A stretch of 63,827 bases of DNA, the filler included. It is 8 parts of 8 records of this genome, joined end to end, with 100 filler letters (N's around TTAATTAATTAA, not from the genome) between each part and the next. Parts side by side here need not be neighbours in the genome. Positions count along the whole stretch, not along the records: positions 8,852 to 14,538 come from SRR7504441_4463; positions 14,639 to 23,730 come from SRR7504441_4465; positions 23,831 to 32,032 come from SRR7504441_4468; 5 more parts are not named here. One strand, 5' to 3'. The stretch's first letter is position 1, and every line of letters starts with the position of its first letter. This document shows positions 13,170-23,945 of the stretch, in pieces. The notes beneath the pieces are model-generated. The model was not told the DNA's origin. It saw nothing but the letters and a program-made list of their open reading frames with translations, and did no database searches. The translations under genes and the position numbers were made by a program.

Positions 13170-13423
13170 CCATCTACTTATTTCTTCACTTATTTCAAGA
13201 CGAAACTCTGGATATATAAGCATTAAATAATTTTATAGATCTAAGCATTGTCAATAAAAATAATTGGTCGGCAGTAGGTCGGCACCCATTGTTATCATTT
13301 AATGTGTGATTTGTGTTCAGTTTGTATACAGTTTTGTGAGTATATGCTAGTGTGTGCCATTCGTACTTGACATAAGTTTCATGGTCAATGCCAACGTTGG
13401 CCAACATGTACACTCACAATCGA

Positions 13424-14538
13424 TTAGTTGGTGGGGCTATCTTCCATTTTCAACAATCCCACTTCATAGGCCTTTGCTAGAATTGCCCTCATGGACATGA
13501 ATAGACTCTGACACAAAAAGAGCACACGCAACGACGCAAAGAGCTCGAGCCGGTTGCCAAAGTCAAACACCTGAGCCACATCAGAGCAGACCAAAGACCA
13601 AACTACCGCAGGATGACCCTTGGGGGCCGGCTCGCCCGACAGAAACGTCACCGGCTGCGCCTCGTCAAATGGCACAAGGAATCCCCCGAGCTCAATCACA
13701 AAGCCTGCTAGCTCCTCTTGCTTTGAGTACAGCTCGTCACATGCCCCTGTGTCCAGCATTTCTTAGCTTGCAGACTTCACAAATCTCACCTTGCTTAGCG
13801 TGGATGTCTGTGTGCTGAGCTTCAGCGGCCCTCTGCTCGGATTTCTGCTTATCGATAGCGTCAAATGACCTGCAGTCACAATCAGGTAAGATATAAAGTA
13901 CACAGGGCAAACCTGTGAGGTAGCTGCTCCTCCTGCAGATGTTCGCCCCTTTCACGCTGCCGGATTTCTTTCAGCAAATCACCCAACTCTGTGCAGTTGA
14001 GATCGGCCTGCAGCGACGGTCAGGTTTCCACAGCAGTAATTTTTATGGCACCTGTAGCCCCGCTTTGACTGCCTGGCGTGCCTCGTCAAATTCATTGAGT
14101 TGAAGCAACGCCGTGCCAAGCCGCACTGACGCCTTGACAAACCCTGGGTTGAGCTCGAGGCACTTGCGAGCATCGGCTGCGCATAGATGCCACGCCTTCA
14201 TCTTTTGATGGATGAGAGACCGGTTTGAATAAAGAATATGGTCCGCTGGGGTGGCGGCAATTGCGCGGGTGTAGCACCGAATAGCTGCTTCAAATCGGTT
14301 CTGTTTGAACGCCTGCAGCGGCTGCTGCAGCCTGCTGTTTCCTGCGCTGGGCAGCCGCCCGCTTGGCCTCTGCCGCCGCTCGCTTGGCCTCCTCTACCTC
14401 TTCCAGCTCAATCTGCTCCCGAGCTCCGGCGGTCAGAAACTCCTCCACCTCCTCCTCCTCCTCCTCAGCAGCAGCAGGCTCCTCAGCTGCCCGTTTGGCA
14501 GCGGCCATCTCTTCAGCCGCCTTCTTTGCAGCTGCGGC
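13424..14538 (-). CDS. TPR-domain protein (STI1/SGT-like TPR block), multi-exon, 5' partial
   Basis: An exon missed by the ORF track (14312->14053) reads AFKQNRFEAAIRCYTRAIAATPADHILYSNRS...ADARKCLELNPGFVKA..RLG.AL. It links to downstream exons through ~43-nt GT-AG introns. Confidence 0.7.
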
Positions 14539-14638
14539 NNNNNNNNNNNNNNNNNNNNNNNNNNNNNNNNNNNNNNNNNNNNTTAATTAATTAANNNNNN
14601 NNNNNNNNNNNNNNNNNNNNNNNNNNNNNNNNNNNNNN

Positions 14639-15346
14639 CTCAGCGGACTGCTCTGGCTCCTCAGCAGGTTGTGCAGGCTCAGCAGGCTGTGCAGGCTCGC
14701 TTGCTGCAAACGTCCCATCGGGTCGCTCAGTCGTGGCTGGCTCCGGTTCGGCAGGCTGGTCTGCAGTCGAGGCCTGCGCGTCTGCTCGCTCCGGCGGTAC
14801 AGCCTCGGCTGGCCCTGGCTCCTCGCCGTCGGCAGGCTGCTCTGGCGCTGCTGGCTGCTCGGGCTCGGCCACCTCATCTTGACTGGCCAGCCCCGCCTCC
14901 GACGGCTCGCTGCTCCCAGCAGCCGCCTGCTGCGCCAGGTCATCGGCCGGTCGCGGCTGCTCCTCCCAGTCGCCCGGCTCTGCTACTAGATCTGGCTCCT
15001 CCGACGCCACACCAGCTTCAGCCTGCGGCGCGCTATCGTCGGGCTGCTCCTCGTCGTCGTTCGGGTTGGTCCACACCATCCCGTCGTCCGCACCGTCGAC
15101 GAAGTCACTCTCGTCGAACCAGTCGTCGTCGCCCCCGGATGCCTCAGCCTCGGCCTCCGCGTCCCGGCGCAGCTCTGCCGCCGACTCGTCCGAGCCGTCG
15201 TTCTGGGCCGCCTCGGCCTGCATCACCTGCCTGGTGACCTCGATGGCCCGCCGGGTGCTCTCCTCCACGTCCATAGGCCCGGCCTCCTGCTGTGCCGACA
15301 GCACCGCGCACACCGCGAGCACGAGGCCCAGCAGACGACGACGCAT
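14639..15346 (-). CDS. Secreted acidic low-complexity protein, 3' partial
   Basis: Signal peptide MRRRLLGLVLAVCAVLSA; E/D/P/A-rich; EPAQPA repeats. Confidence 0.7.
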
Positions 15347-15426
15347 CGTGCGGCCCGCGCTGTCGATCGGCTCGGCGCTCGCGAGGCCCGGAGAGCTCGA
15401 GGTCCCGAAGGAATTTTTTTTTCGTC

Positions 15427-16476
15427 ATCACAGCTGCAGAGAAGAACCGGGCTCGGTCTGATCCCGCCGATCGAGATCCCCGGCGGCGGGAGCACCGGCG
15501 GGACGATCGGCGGCCGCACCCGTACCACCACCGGGACGACCCACGGGACCGGCGCTACTCGCGCGACGTGGAGCCCGGTGCCCGTGGGTGGCCGGGCGGT
15601 GTCCGAGAGGCGGGGCAGGTGAGCTGCGGGGTCAGCGCGATTACAGTCAGCACAGTCAGCGCGATCACGATTACAGACCGGCTCGGGACGACAGGCACTG
15701 GTCCCCGGACCGTTCGTCTGGCGGTGGGCGCGGTGGTGCCGACCGGGGACGCGCGGATGAGCGCGACGACCGGCGCGGTGACCGAGAGAACAGTCGGCCG
15801 GAGGAACCGGCGCCGGAACCTCAGGCGATCGAGCTGGATAGCCACCGGCTGTCGCAGCGACAGAAGCAGATTGATTTTGGCAAGAACACGATCGGCTATG
15901 ACAACTACCTCCGCAAAGTGCCCCGGTGCCCCACAGCCTGGCCACGGCTGAGCGCCCCCAGGGATCGGCGGCGCCTGGGCAAGGACCCGATGACCCCGGA
16001 CATCCATGCCAAAATCTCTAAGCGCTGCTTTGACGGCCGGATCAAGGTTTGGCGCCGGTGCTGCCGCTGGCTGGCCGCGCGGGACCGGCGGGGCAGCGCA
16101 CTTCACCGGTACGACCATCCCGAAAGCAAGGCACCACCAGCGGGGGGGCAAAAGGCCGAGCCGGCGGCCAAAGCGGCGGAAGTCCCAGCGGACCAGTGAG
16201 GCTGGCTGCGGGGCCGGTTGGTGAGGTCGGGTTCAGTGTGGCGGAGCCGACAAAGGATTGTGTGAACAACATCGACGAGCTGCTGGCCGGGCTGCAGGCC
16301 GACGAGGGGTGCGCTGCTCGGATAGGCCAGGCTGAGCAGCGGCGGTGTGCTTCAGGGCTGATATGGACGCGGGGGACATGAATACACTAACCAACCAGCT
16401 GCTGGACGAGATTAGCGACGACGACTCCGATCACGAGGCCGGGCAAGACATAGCCCAATCCATATATGGGGTGTGA
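15427..16476 (+). CDS. SLBP: Histone mRNA stem-loop binding protein (SLBP), multi-exon; start codon unresolved
   Basis: RLSQRQKQIDFGKNTIGYDNYLRKVPR..DPMTPDIHAKISKRCFDGRIKVWRR..ALHRYD is the SLBP RNA-binding domain. Several ~36-47-nt introns; stop TGA 16474-16476. Confidence 0.88.
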
Positions 16477-16573
16477 GCCCAACTCAGACGATTTTAGAGC
16501 CCATACATAGGCGAGGCGTGTACTCGAAATAACAACCACAATATTGCGTGACTAATTGCGTGCACATCGGACT

Positions 16574-16614
16574 AGCTGACAGTCAGCTGACGGTACCAGG
16601 TACCGTCAGCTGAC
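16574..16614. repeat. Nested perfect palindromes
   Basis: GTCAGCTGACGGTACC-A-GGTACCGTCAGCTGAC (16+1+16, 16582-16614) overlaps AGCTGAC-A-GTCAGCT (16574-16588). Confidence 0.95.
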
Positions 16615-17121
16615 CGTACTTCACAAGAACATTCCGCACTCGTTTTGGGCTGGACACAGCTCCTTGCAGGGGACACTGCCGGAGCCAAGCGGCGCTGCCA
16701 GCAGCCCAGATGCGGCCGGGCGGGTGGTGAGCTGCTGCAGGGCCCAATGTGGAGCCAGATCGGCCCAGGCGAGCCGACCCACGCCGTCAAGCCGCTCAAC
16801 AGTGGTTCCGGCTCGCCCGCCCGACCGACTGGCGGCACCGAGCCGGCCACACCCCAGCCGTGGTTCCGGCGCTCGCCGAGGCCCGTGTCGATCCAGCTGC
16901 CCTTCAGTCCGGAGCAGCCCGAAAAGCCGGAGCCCGACCCGCAGATCAAGCCTGATGAGCCGGTCCAGCACGACAACCCGATCTGCGACTGGTCGGCCGA
17001 GCTACCTTTCATTCTCACCAACCCACCCCCAGAGGTGCTTCTCCATGAAGACGACAAGCTGTTCGTGCTGTGTGGCGAGAAGGTCGATGCTTTCCCTGAT
17101 GCTTTTGATACACCGGCCTGA
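16615..17121 (+). pseudogene. Orphan 3' fragment resembling the C-terminal end of a Slo/BK K+ channel RCK2 domain
   Basis: Ends LPFILTNPPPEVLLHEDDKLFVL, like the Slo1-family (Y/F)VITNPP...L...D.(I/V)F.L motif. No channel body upstream. Confidence 0.5.
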
Positions 17122-17177
17122 AACCGCCAACGTCACTTATCATAGGATTATCATCGGATGACCCCATTCCATTACAG

Positions 17178-20100
17178 TGGGCAACCTGAACATCACCTGC
17201 ATCTGCTGGTGCTCCGCGCGCCCGGCCAGCTGACCGGCCTGGCAGGAGCCCCACCAATCCACAGCTGCTGGCCTGCTGTGCCGACGACCACCGGCTACGC
17301 GTGTGGAACGTGGTCCAGGGCGCCGAAGTGTTCAATGGGGATATGGGCAAGGACCGGGCCGAGTGTGTCGCCTGGTCCCCGCACGACCGCAACCTGCTGG
17401 CCTACTGCACGGCCGCTGGCAGCATCCGGTTTGTCGACATCGCCCAGGGGATGTCGTACGCGCTCCCGGCCGAGCGCCCGCTCACCGTGTGCAGCTGGAA
17501 CTCGTCGCGCGCTGGGCAGTTTGCAGTGGGCACTGCCGAGGGAACTGTGATCCTACTAGATCTGCAGGGCACTCAGATCACCCGGAAGCGAGTATGGACG
17601 GCTGAGGAGGAGCAGCACATGGACAGGGTGGCCGACCTCAAATTCGACCCGATGGGCTCGAACTACACCTACCTGCTGGTGGCCTTCAGCAAGGGCGAGA
17701 TCCTGCTGCTCGACGGGGAAGACATGCAACCAGTCTCTGGGACCAGCTTTGCCGGCTCACCTGGTGGGCTCTCGTCGGTCTGCTGGGTGCCGGAGCAGCC
17801 TGGCCGGTTTGTGACCACATCCAGCGCAACTGGACTGCTGCGCGTGTGGAACGTTTCCGAGCCCAAGCCAGTGATTGCCCGCAAGGCTCACGACTCTGGG
17901 TTTGTGGCTCTCAATTTCTTCCCTGGCAGCGCTGAGGCACTCGCCGTGTTCAAGGACGGCACTGCAGGGCTGTACAGCCTGCAGGAGGGCAGCTGGCTCT
18001 GGCGATCAGACGGTGGGCACACTGAGACCATCTTTGGGTGCAAGTTCAGCCGTCACTCGCCAGACCTGCTCGCAACAGTCTCGTACGATGGGACTCTCCG
18101 GATCCTGAATGTGGCATCTGGTCGGCTCGAAAACACCATCGAAGTGGCCAAACGGACGCTGTACTCGGTTGACTGGAGCCCGCCGGGCGACGGGCTGCTC
18201 GCAGTGAGCACCGGCGATGGCTATGTGGTGCTGGTGCAGGCTGACAAAGGAGTGACGACGGAGTTTATGCTGCATAACTCGGCGAAGGTATACAGAGTGG
18301 CCTTCAACCCGCTCGTGGATCAGCAACTGGCCTCGGTCGGCGCCGATGGCTTTCTGGTGGTCTTTGATACGGCCGGACGTGTCCACAAGCGGTTGGGCCA
18401 CCCAAAGCCGTGCTTTGGCTGTGACTGGTCAAAGTTTGAGCAAGCTGTGCTGGCCTCCACTTGCGAAGATATGATCGTCAGGGTATGGGACGCCTCACCA
18501 GGCGCTGGCTCCACGCCGATTGCACTGCTCAAGGGTCACACAGCCAAGGTATTCAACGTGAGCTTCTCGCCGTTCTTTGCAGAGCAGCTCTGCTCATCTT
18601 CAGACGACTACATGGTGATTGTGTGGAATTTCAAGACTGGCGAAAAGATGCAGCAGCTGGAGGGGCACACCGACAGAGTGCGCGGGCTCAGCTGGCACAA
18701 TGCACTCCCGCATGTTCTGGTGACTGGCTCTTACGACTGCTCAATCCGGGTGTGGGACGTGCGAAGCGGTTCATGTCTTCAGGTGAACCAGGACCACGGG
18801 GCAGACGTTTACGGGCTAGACTCGCACCCGCAGCGGCCGTTCATGATGGCCAGTTCGTCAAGGGACATGACCACGCGCCTGTGGAGTCTGGAGGACCTGG
18901 CTCGCGACCTGCAGATGCAGCTGATCCTGGGCCAGTCGGCTAACATATTCGGCGAGGCATCAGACTGGCAGCTGGGCAAGCCCAGCAAACAGGAAGAATC
19001 GAGCTATGGCTGCCCACAGCGGCCTCAGCTTTGTGGCAAGGCAGCAGCGGAATTGGCACAGTCTCTCCAGAGGGAGATGCCGGAGTGTGACAGGTGCTAC
19101 ACCCTGCTCCAATACTTTGCAGTACCGCAGGGCAGCCTGCAGCTGATGTCCATTCTGCAAGAGATTGCAGGCGCGGGCACATGCGCCACTTGTGGTCGTG
19201 AAAGCGAGGTATTCATGCCGTCCCAGGTCTCGACTGTGGTTGAATTGCAGATCGCTGCTCTGCAGCACCGCAAGACAGCCGGCGGCAAGCGACAAGAGGA
19301 GCGGTTGCGCGAGCAGGCGAAGCTGCAGCTGCTGCTTGGCCGTGTGGCGGATTACTGCGAGTCGATGGTGCAGCTTGGCGAGTGGGAACAAGCTGTGGCA
19401 GTAGCGCCTGGTGTGTCTGAGCAGTTCTGGAGACAAATGTCGCTCCGTTACGCAGAACACCTTGAGGAGCAAGGCCTGAGCGACAAGGCAGCAGTCCACT
19501 GGATAGCGTGTGGTCATGCAAGCCAAGCAATCAAATCAAGCATGAGCAAAGGGCTCTCCAGGGAGGCGTATGTGCTGGCTGCATCGCAGGCGCATGGGCG
19601 CGTCCCAGGCATCGCAGCTGCAGCAAAGCCTGCTGCCATCGAGTCCGGTGATGAAACCGAGCTCATCAAAGTAATCAAGAGCAGAGTGAAGATTTACAAT
19701 GAAACTGCACAGCCGATCCTTGCTGCATGCTGTCTGCTGGCAATAGAAAAGACAGATGCCGCACTGCAGACGTTGGTGACGGCAAACGAGCTGGCCCTGG
19801 CTCTGGTGCTCTGCCGTGTGCTTAGGTATCGAGTGACACCGCAGTTGTATCATAATATGGCGCATTGCTGTTCAAGGCTGGGCAATTACACTGTGGCACT
19901 ACAGTATGCGCAAGCCAGTGGCGAGCGTGTGGTAGATCAGCTTTGCATGGCCGTGACTGCCAAGATGGGCTCAGGAGCTGATTGGTTTTTCACCTCTGCA
20001 GGCCGCAGGGCTCGAACAGCGTTTGGTGAAGACGCACCTGGGCTGGCCGCAGAAGGCAAGATAGCAGAGGCGGCACGCTGTTACGTGCTAGCAGGAGACA

Positions 20101-20633
20101 GCGCTGCAGCGTGCAATGTGGTGCTGGAAGCGCTGCACCCGATGGTAGCTGGTGACTCATGGGATCTGAACCAGGCCAAGGCAATGGTTCGCGCCGTGGG
20201 ACTGGGAGATATCAAATCTGTTGATCAAGATATTAGAGGCCAAGTGCTGTGCTACGCGGCACTGGTTGGGCTGTTTGAGGCGTTCTGGCACGACTATAGA
20301 ATGGTCTGGCATGGCTTGGTGCTGACAGTGGAGAGCAAAGCCCATCTGCTGCCAGCAGCTAGCAAAGAGAAGGTGTCGAACCATGTACAAAGCTTCCGGG
20401 GTATCCTCGCCAAGATGTCTGGCCTAGGCAAGACGCTCTACACCACAGGGCAGCTGCTGCCCAGTGCAGCGCATAAGCCAGGTTCCGAGTCAGCGGCTTC
20501 AGGGATGATGCTCACAGGACCAGTCATAGAGCTGGATAATGGGACCCACATAACGTACTCGGAAGGCCTAATGTGGGCTGAAGTGATTCCCTTCTCGCCG
20601 TCTAAGAGTGGGGCACTACTCAATCCATTTTAA
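17178..20633 (+). CDS. WDR17: WDR17-like WD40 protein; N-terminus apparently missing
   Basis: GHTETIFGCKF, DHGADVYGL..HPQRPF..ASSSRD.T.RLW, YCE.MV.LGEWE.A.AVAPGVS..FW, and C-terminal LMWAEV.PFSP..SG..LNPF. One GT-AG intron near 17209-17245. Confidence 0.85.
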
Positions 20634-20726
20634 ATCGTACTCGTACTCGTATTCCTGATTAATTCCTGATGTAAATTTCCGTACAATTTATTGTCAAAAG
20701 TAACTAAAGTCTATCACTATGCTGCT

Positions 20727-21594
20727 TCAAATCACCTCTGCAGCGATCAGTGAGCATTCACGGGCTCTGCGACATCTTGCCGCAAAGGAATCTTCGCGCT
20801 TGATCATTCCGCCCATAGCATTTGTTGTCATGTCCTTTGGTCCGGCCGCTGTGTTTATTGTGACTGGATTTATCGCTGGTCGGATATCAATGGCGCCCCT
20901 TCGTCTAAATTTTGCTTGCCGGCTGTGTTTGTGTCGAGGTATTACTGGCCACGATTTCAAATAAACTTTGTGATTACAGTGCCCACCAGGATGTTTTCTC
21001 AGGTATTGCTGGTGCGACTCATCAGCTCGAAAGAACGGTGAAAAGTCGGACATCATGCACACCTCCGTGGTTACATTATTGCAATGCCGCCACTTGTTGT
21101 ACTTCACCACTCCTGAGGCGATCAGCTGACTAAGCTCTTGTCTCACCTGACGGGCGATGATCCACTGTTCATCCGTGCTGCAGTAGACGACAGAGCCATA
21201 TTCACTGCCCTGATCACTGCCTTGCTCATTCTCGGTAGTCGGGTCATGAATCATAAAGAACCGCTTGATTACTGATTCAAAGAACTTACCGCCGCCGATG
21301 AACTGGAATTGATAAACCTGGAATCGCAGCATGAGTCCCCAGTTTACCAGGCGAGGCCGGCACCTCCCTGAAGTCCTGGCCGCCGTGGATTGGGTCTGGG
21401 CTGCTCTGCCAGAGCCCGTCGCTTTTTGGTCCTATCCAACCCACGGAGCCCGCAACCAGCTGACCCGAGCGGCTGCGAAAGCTCTCAAGGAAACGCTCGA
21501 GACCCCAGTGGCTGCCCCCGCCCACAGCGCATTGCTCGACCAGGATGCCATCGGCGACTATTGGTGCCTTCTCCTTCTCGACGCACCCTCCCAT
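20727..21594 (-). CDS. MsrA-like protein with GSHWG replacing the catalytic GCFWG; MGGC N-terminus
   Basis: FFMIHDPTTENEQGSDQGSEYGSVVY, FFRADESHQQYLRKHPGGHCNH; GT-AG intron 21318-21363. Confidence 0.85.
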
Positions 21595-21901
21595 TTTCGG
21601 GGCCAGACGTGACAGCAGCCCAACTTGGCGGTGCCCTCAGCTCTCTGAGCCATCACGTGTCGGTTGAATCAGTGGTGGAGTGTGGCGCCGCGAAACAAAG
21701 CGAAGGATTTAGGACTACGACGCTACGAACTCTGTACACCGTAAGCAAAGTTGCACTTGGTTAGGACTCGATACAAGCTTGTAGGAGGACCCATGCGTTA
21801 TCAGTGAGACTCGGGAAGTCTATCGAGGATGACAAATTTGATACACGTGTATAAGGCATATAATTATAGCCACGTCCTAATATGGTGAGATTGCGAGAAA
21901 A

Positions 21902-22504
21902 TTACAACCTTGCGGTGGGCCAGTCGAAAACTTCCCGGCGTTTGGCGGGATCCTGTGCGTCATACTGCAGCATTATGCTCTTGTCCAGCTCAATCTGCAC
22001 ACCGTGCAGCCTCCCACGCCGAACGCACACTCGGCTGAAGCATCTTGGGCTCAGTGCTGCCACCGCCTGATTGTGCAGCGAGGAGCCGGCGAAATGCTTA
22101 ATGAACGCCGGGTCTTGGTATAGAACCAGATTGAACCAATCGGCTTCCGGGTCTCGGCTGATCGCGCAGCTGGCGTAGCTGAGCACACTGACCGCTGAGA
22201 GCATGAGCCCCCCGCACAGCCGCTGGTCGCAGGCCCACAGCTCCTGTCTGGCAGCATCCGAGAGCCCATGCCGGAGCTGCCCGATGAAGCACACAAACAG
22301 CCAGCTCGAGTCCCGCTGGAGCGCTGCTGCCGCCCCGGGCACCAGCACCAGTCGGGCTGGCCGGTCGCCGAGGGGGTTGTTGGTCTCACTCTCTGGCTGC
22401 CCGGCCTGCCGGATGGTGTAGTCTAGCAGCTCTCGGATCCAGCCGCGTTCCGGCCAGCTCGGTTCCGCCCCCCGGGCAGCAAAGATCTGGTCCACCAGCT
22501 CCAT
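21902..22504 (-). CDS. Hypothetical protein, 200 aa, intronless
   Basis: Clean ATG-to-stop ORF, divergent from the esterase gene 80 nt away; globular composition. Confidence 0.65.
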   Translation of the reverse strand: MELVDQIFAARGAEPSWPERGWIRELLDYTIRQAGQPESETNNPLGDRPARLVLVPGAAAALQRDSSWLFVCFIGQLRHGLSDAARQELWACDQRLCGGLMLSAVSVLSYASCAISRDPEADWFNLVLYQDPAFIKHFAGSSLHNQAVAALSPRCFSRVCVRRGRLHGVQIELDKSIMLQYDAQDPAKRREVFDWPTARL

Positions 22505-22584
22505 CTTCGGGTAGGCGATCTACTAATCGGCGGGCATGAGCCCACCGGAGCCGCACTATAACGGATTTTTGCTGCTACAGTCGT

Positions 22585-23529
22585 ATGCGGCGCCTCGGAA
22601 GCGCAGCCACACTGGTACTGGCGGCCGTGCAGACCGCCGCGGGGCTGCCCACCAACACCAGCTCCCCGCTCGTTGTGAACGGCTCGGCCGGGCTCACCGG
22701 GATCTCCGTCTCGGGCTTCTCGTCGGGCGGCTGCATGGCCCAGCTCCAGTTCATGCGGTTCGCCGGGCAGGCCGACGGGCTCGGGTACGACGGCTGCGTC
22801 AATATGGGCTCGGCGTACATCCCGCCGGGGGACAAGGCCAAGCTCGCCGGCAAGGGGGTGTATATCGAGAACGGGATCCACGACCCAAGGTACCACGGCG
22901 TGATAGGGAGCGCGGGGGGCTGGGCGGACGTGGTGGGGGCCGACCGGCTCAAGATGATGACCGACGCACCGACCGGGCACGCCTGGCTGACTGTCTCGCT
23001 GCAGCAGGGCTGCTCGGACAGCAAGCCGATCCAGAACTGCCAGGAGCGGGACGTGGCCGGGCTCATTTTGCAGAATACGTACCCCGGACTGATGCGAGCC
23101 CCCAACCGGGGCACTGGCGGTGGCCAACTGTACTGGCTGGCTCAAGCGACGTACGTGCCCGGTGGCGACACTGGTAAGGCGGCGGTGTGGACAAACGCTG
23201 CCGTGTTCAAGCCGTCACAGTGTGGGGAGATGAGCAAATGTAAGCTGCACGTGCACTGGCACGGGTGTGGCATGCGGCCCGGGTCCGGCTGGCAAGTGCA
23301 CGTGCACTCGGGCTTGAACGAGTGGGGCGAGCGGAACGGGATTGTCGTGCTCTACCCGTCGGCCGATGGAGGCAACGGTTGCTGGAAGAGCAAGGCAGGG
23401 TGCAGCGGGGCTAGCTCGGACCCGGATACTAAAACTTGCTGGACGCAGCTGGAGATGGTGCAGCGGATGATGGCCGATCTGAGGGCCAACAAGGCCAAGC
23501 TCACCCCGATCCAGCCTGAACGCCCATAA
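22585..23529 (+). CDS. Secreted polyhydroxybutyrate-depolymerase-family esterase
   Basis: Signal peptide; ISVSGFSSGGCMA.QL lipase box; G.HD, GHAW, CKLHVHWHGC, GLNEW...N.IVVLYP, NGCW motifs. Confidence 0.8.
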   Translation: MRRLGSAATLVLAAVQTAAGLPTNTSSPLVVNGSAGLTGISVSGFSSGGCMAQLQFMRFAGQADGLGYDGCVNMGSAYIPPGDKAKLAGKGVYIENGIHDPRYHGVIGSAGGWADVVGADRLKMMTDAPTGHAWLTVSLQQGCSDSKPIQNCQERDVAGLILQNTYPGLMRAPNRGTGGGQLYWLAQATYVPGGDTGKAAVWTNAAVFKPSQCGEMSKCKLHVHWHGCGMRPGSGWQVHVHSGLNEWGERNGIVVLYPSADGGNGCWKSKAGCSGASSDPDTKTCWTQLEMVQRMMADLRANKAKLTPIQPERP

Positions 23530-23945
23530 CATGTAGGATTTTACTGAACTTTTTGTACGTTTACTGCCGGTATGTCGGTATGTTTTTGCTACCGCCCCTG
23601 CGCACTTTTGTCTCCCTCCCGTGACCGACTGCTTGTGTCTCCAGCGCCCGTCCGAGCCTATCTCCCGTCCGAGCCTATCTCCTAGCACCCTGGGTGCTGC
23701 AGCTCTTTTGCCGCGTTTTTACTTTGCGGCNNNNNNNNNNNNNNNNNNNNNNNNNNNNNNNNNNNNNNNNNNNNTTAATTAATTAANNNNNNNNNNNNNN
23801 NNNNNNNNNNNNNNNNNNNNNNNNNNNNNNGGGGCGCCTACCTACGGTGCGGCCCTCTCTGAAAAGGCGGCCATCAGCCGAGCGGCGCGAGTACCGGCCG
23901 GCCGGCTCGTGGCGCTGGCCGGCTCCTTTGCGCAAGGCGGGGCGG

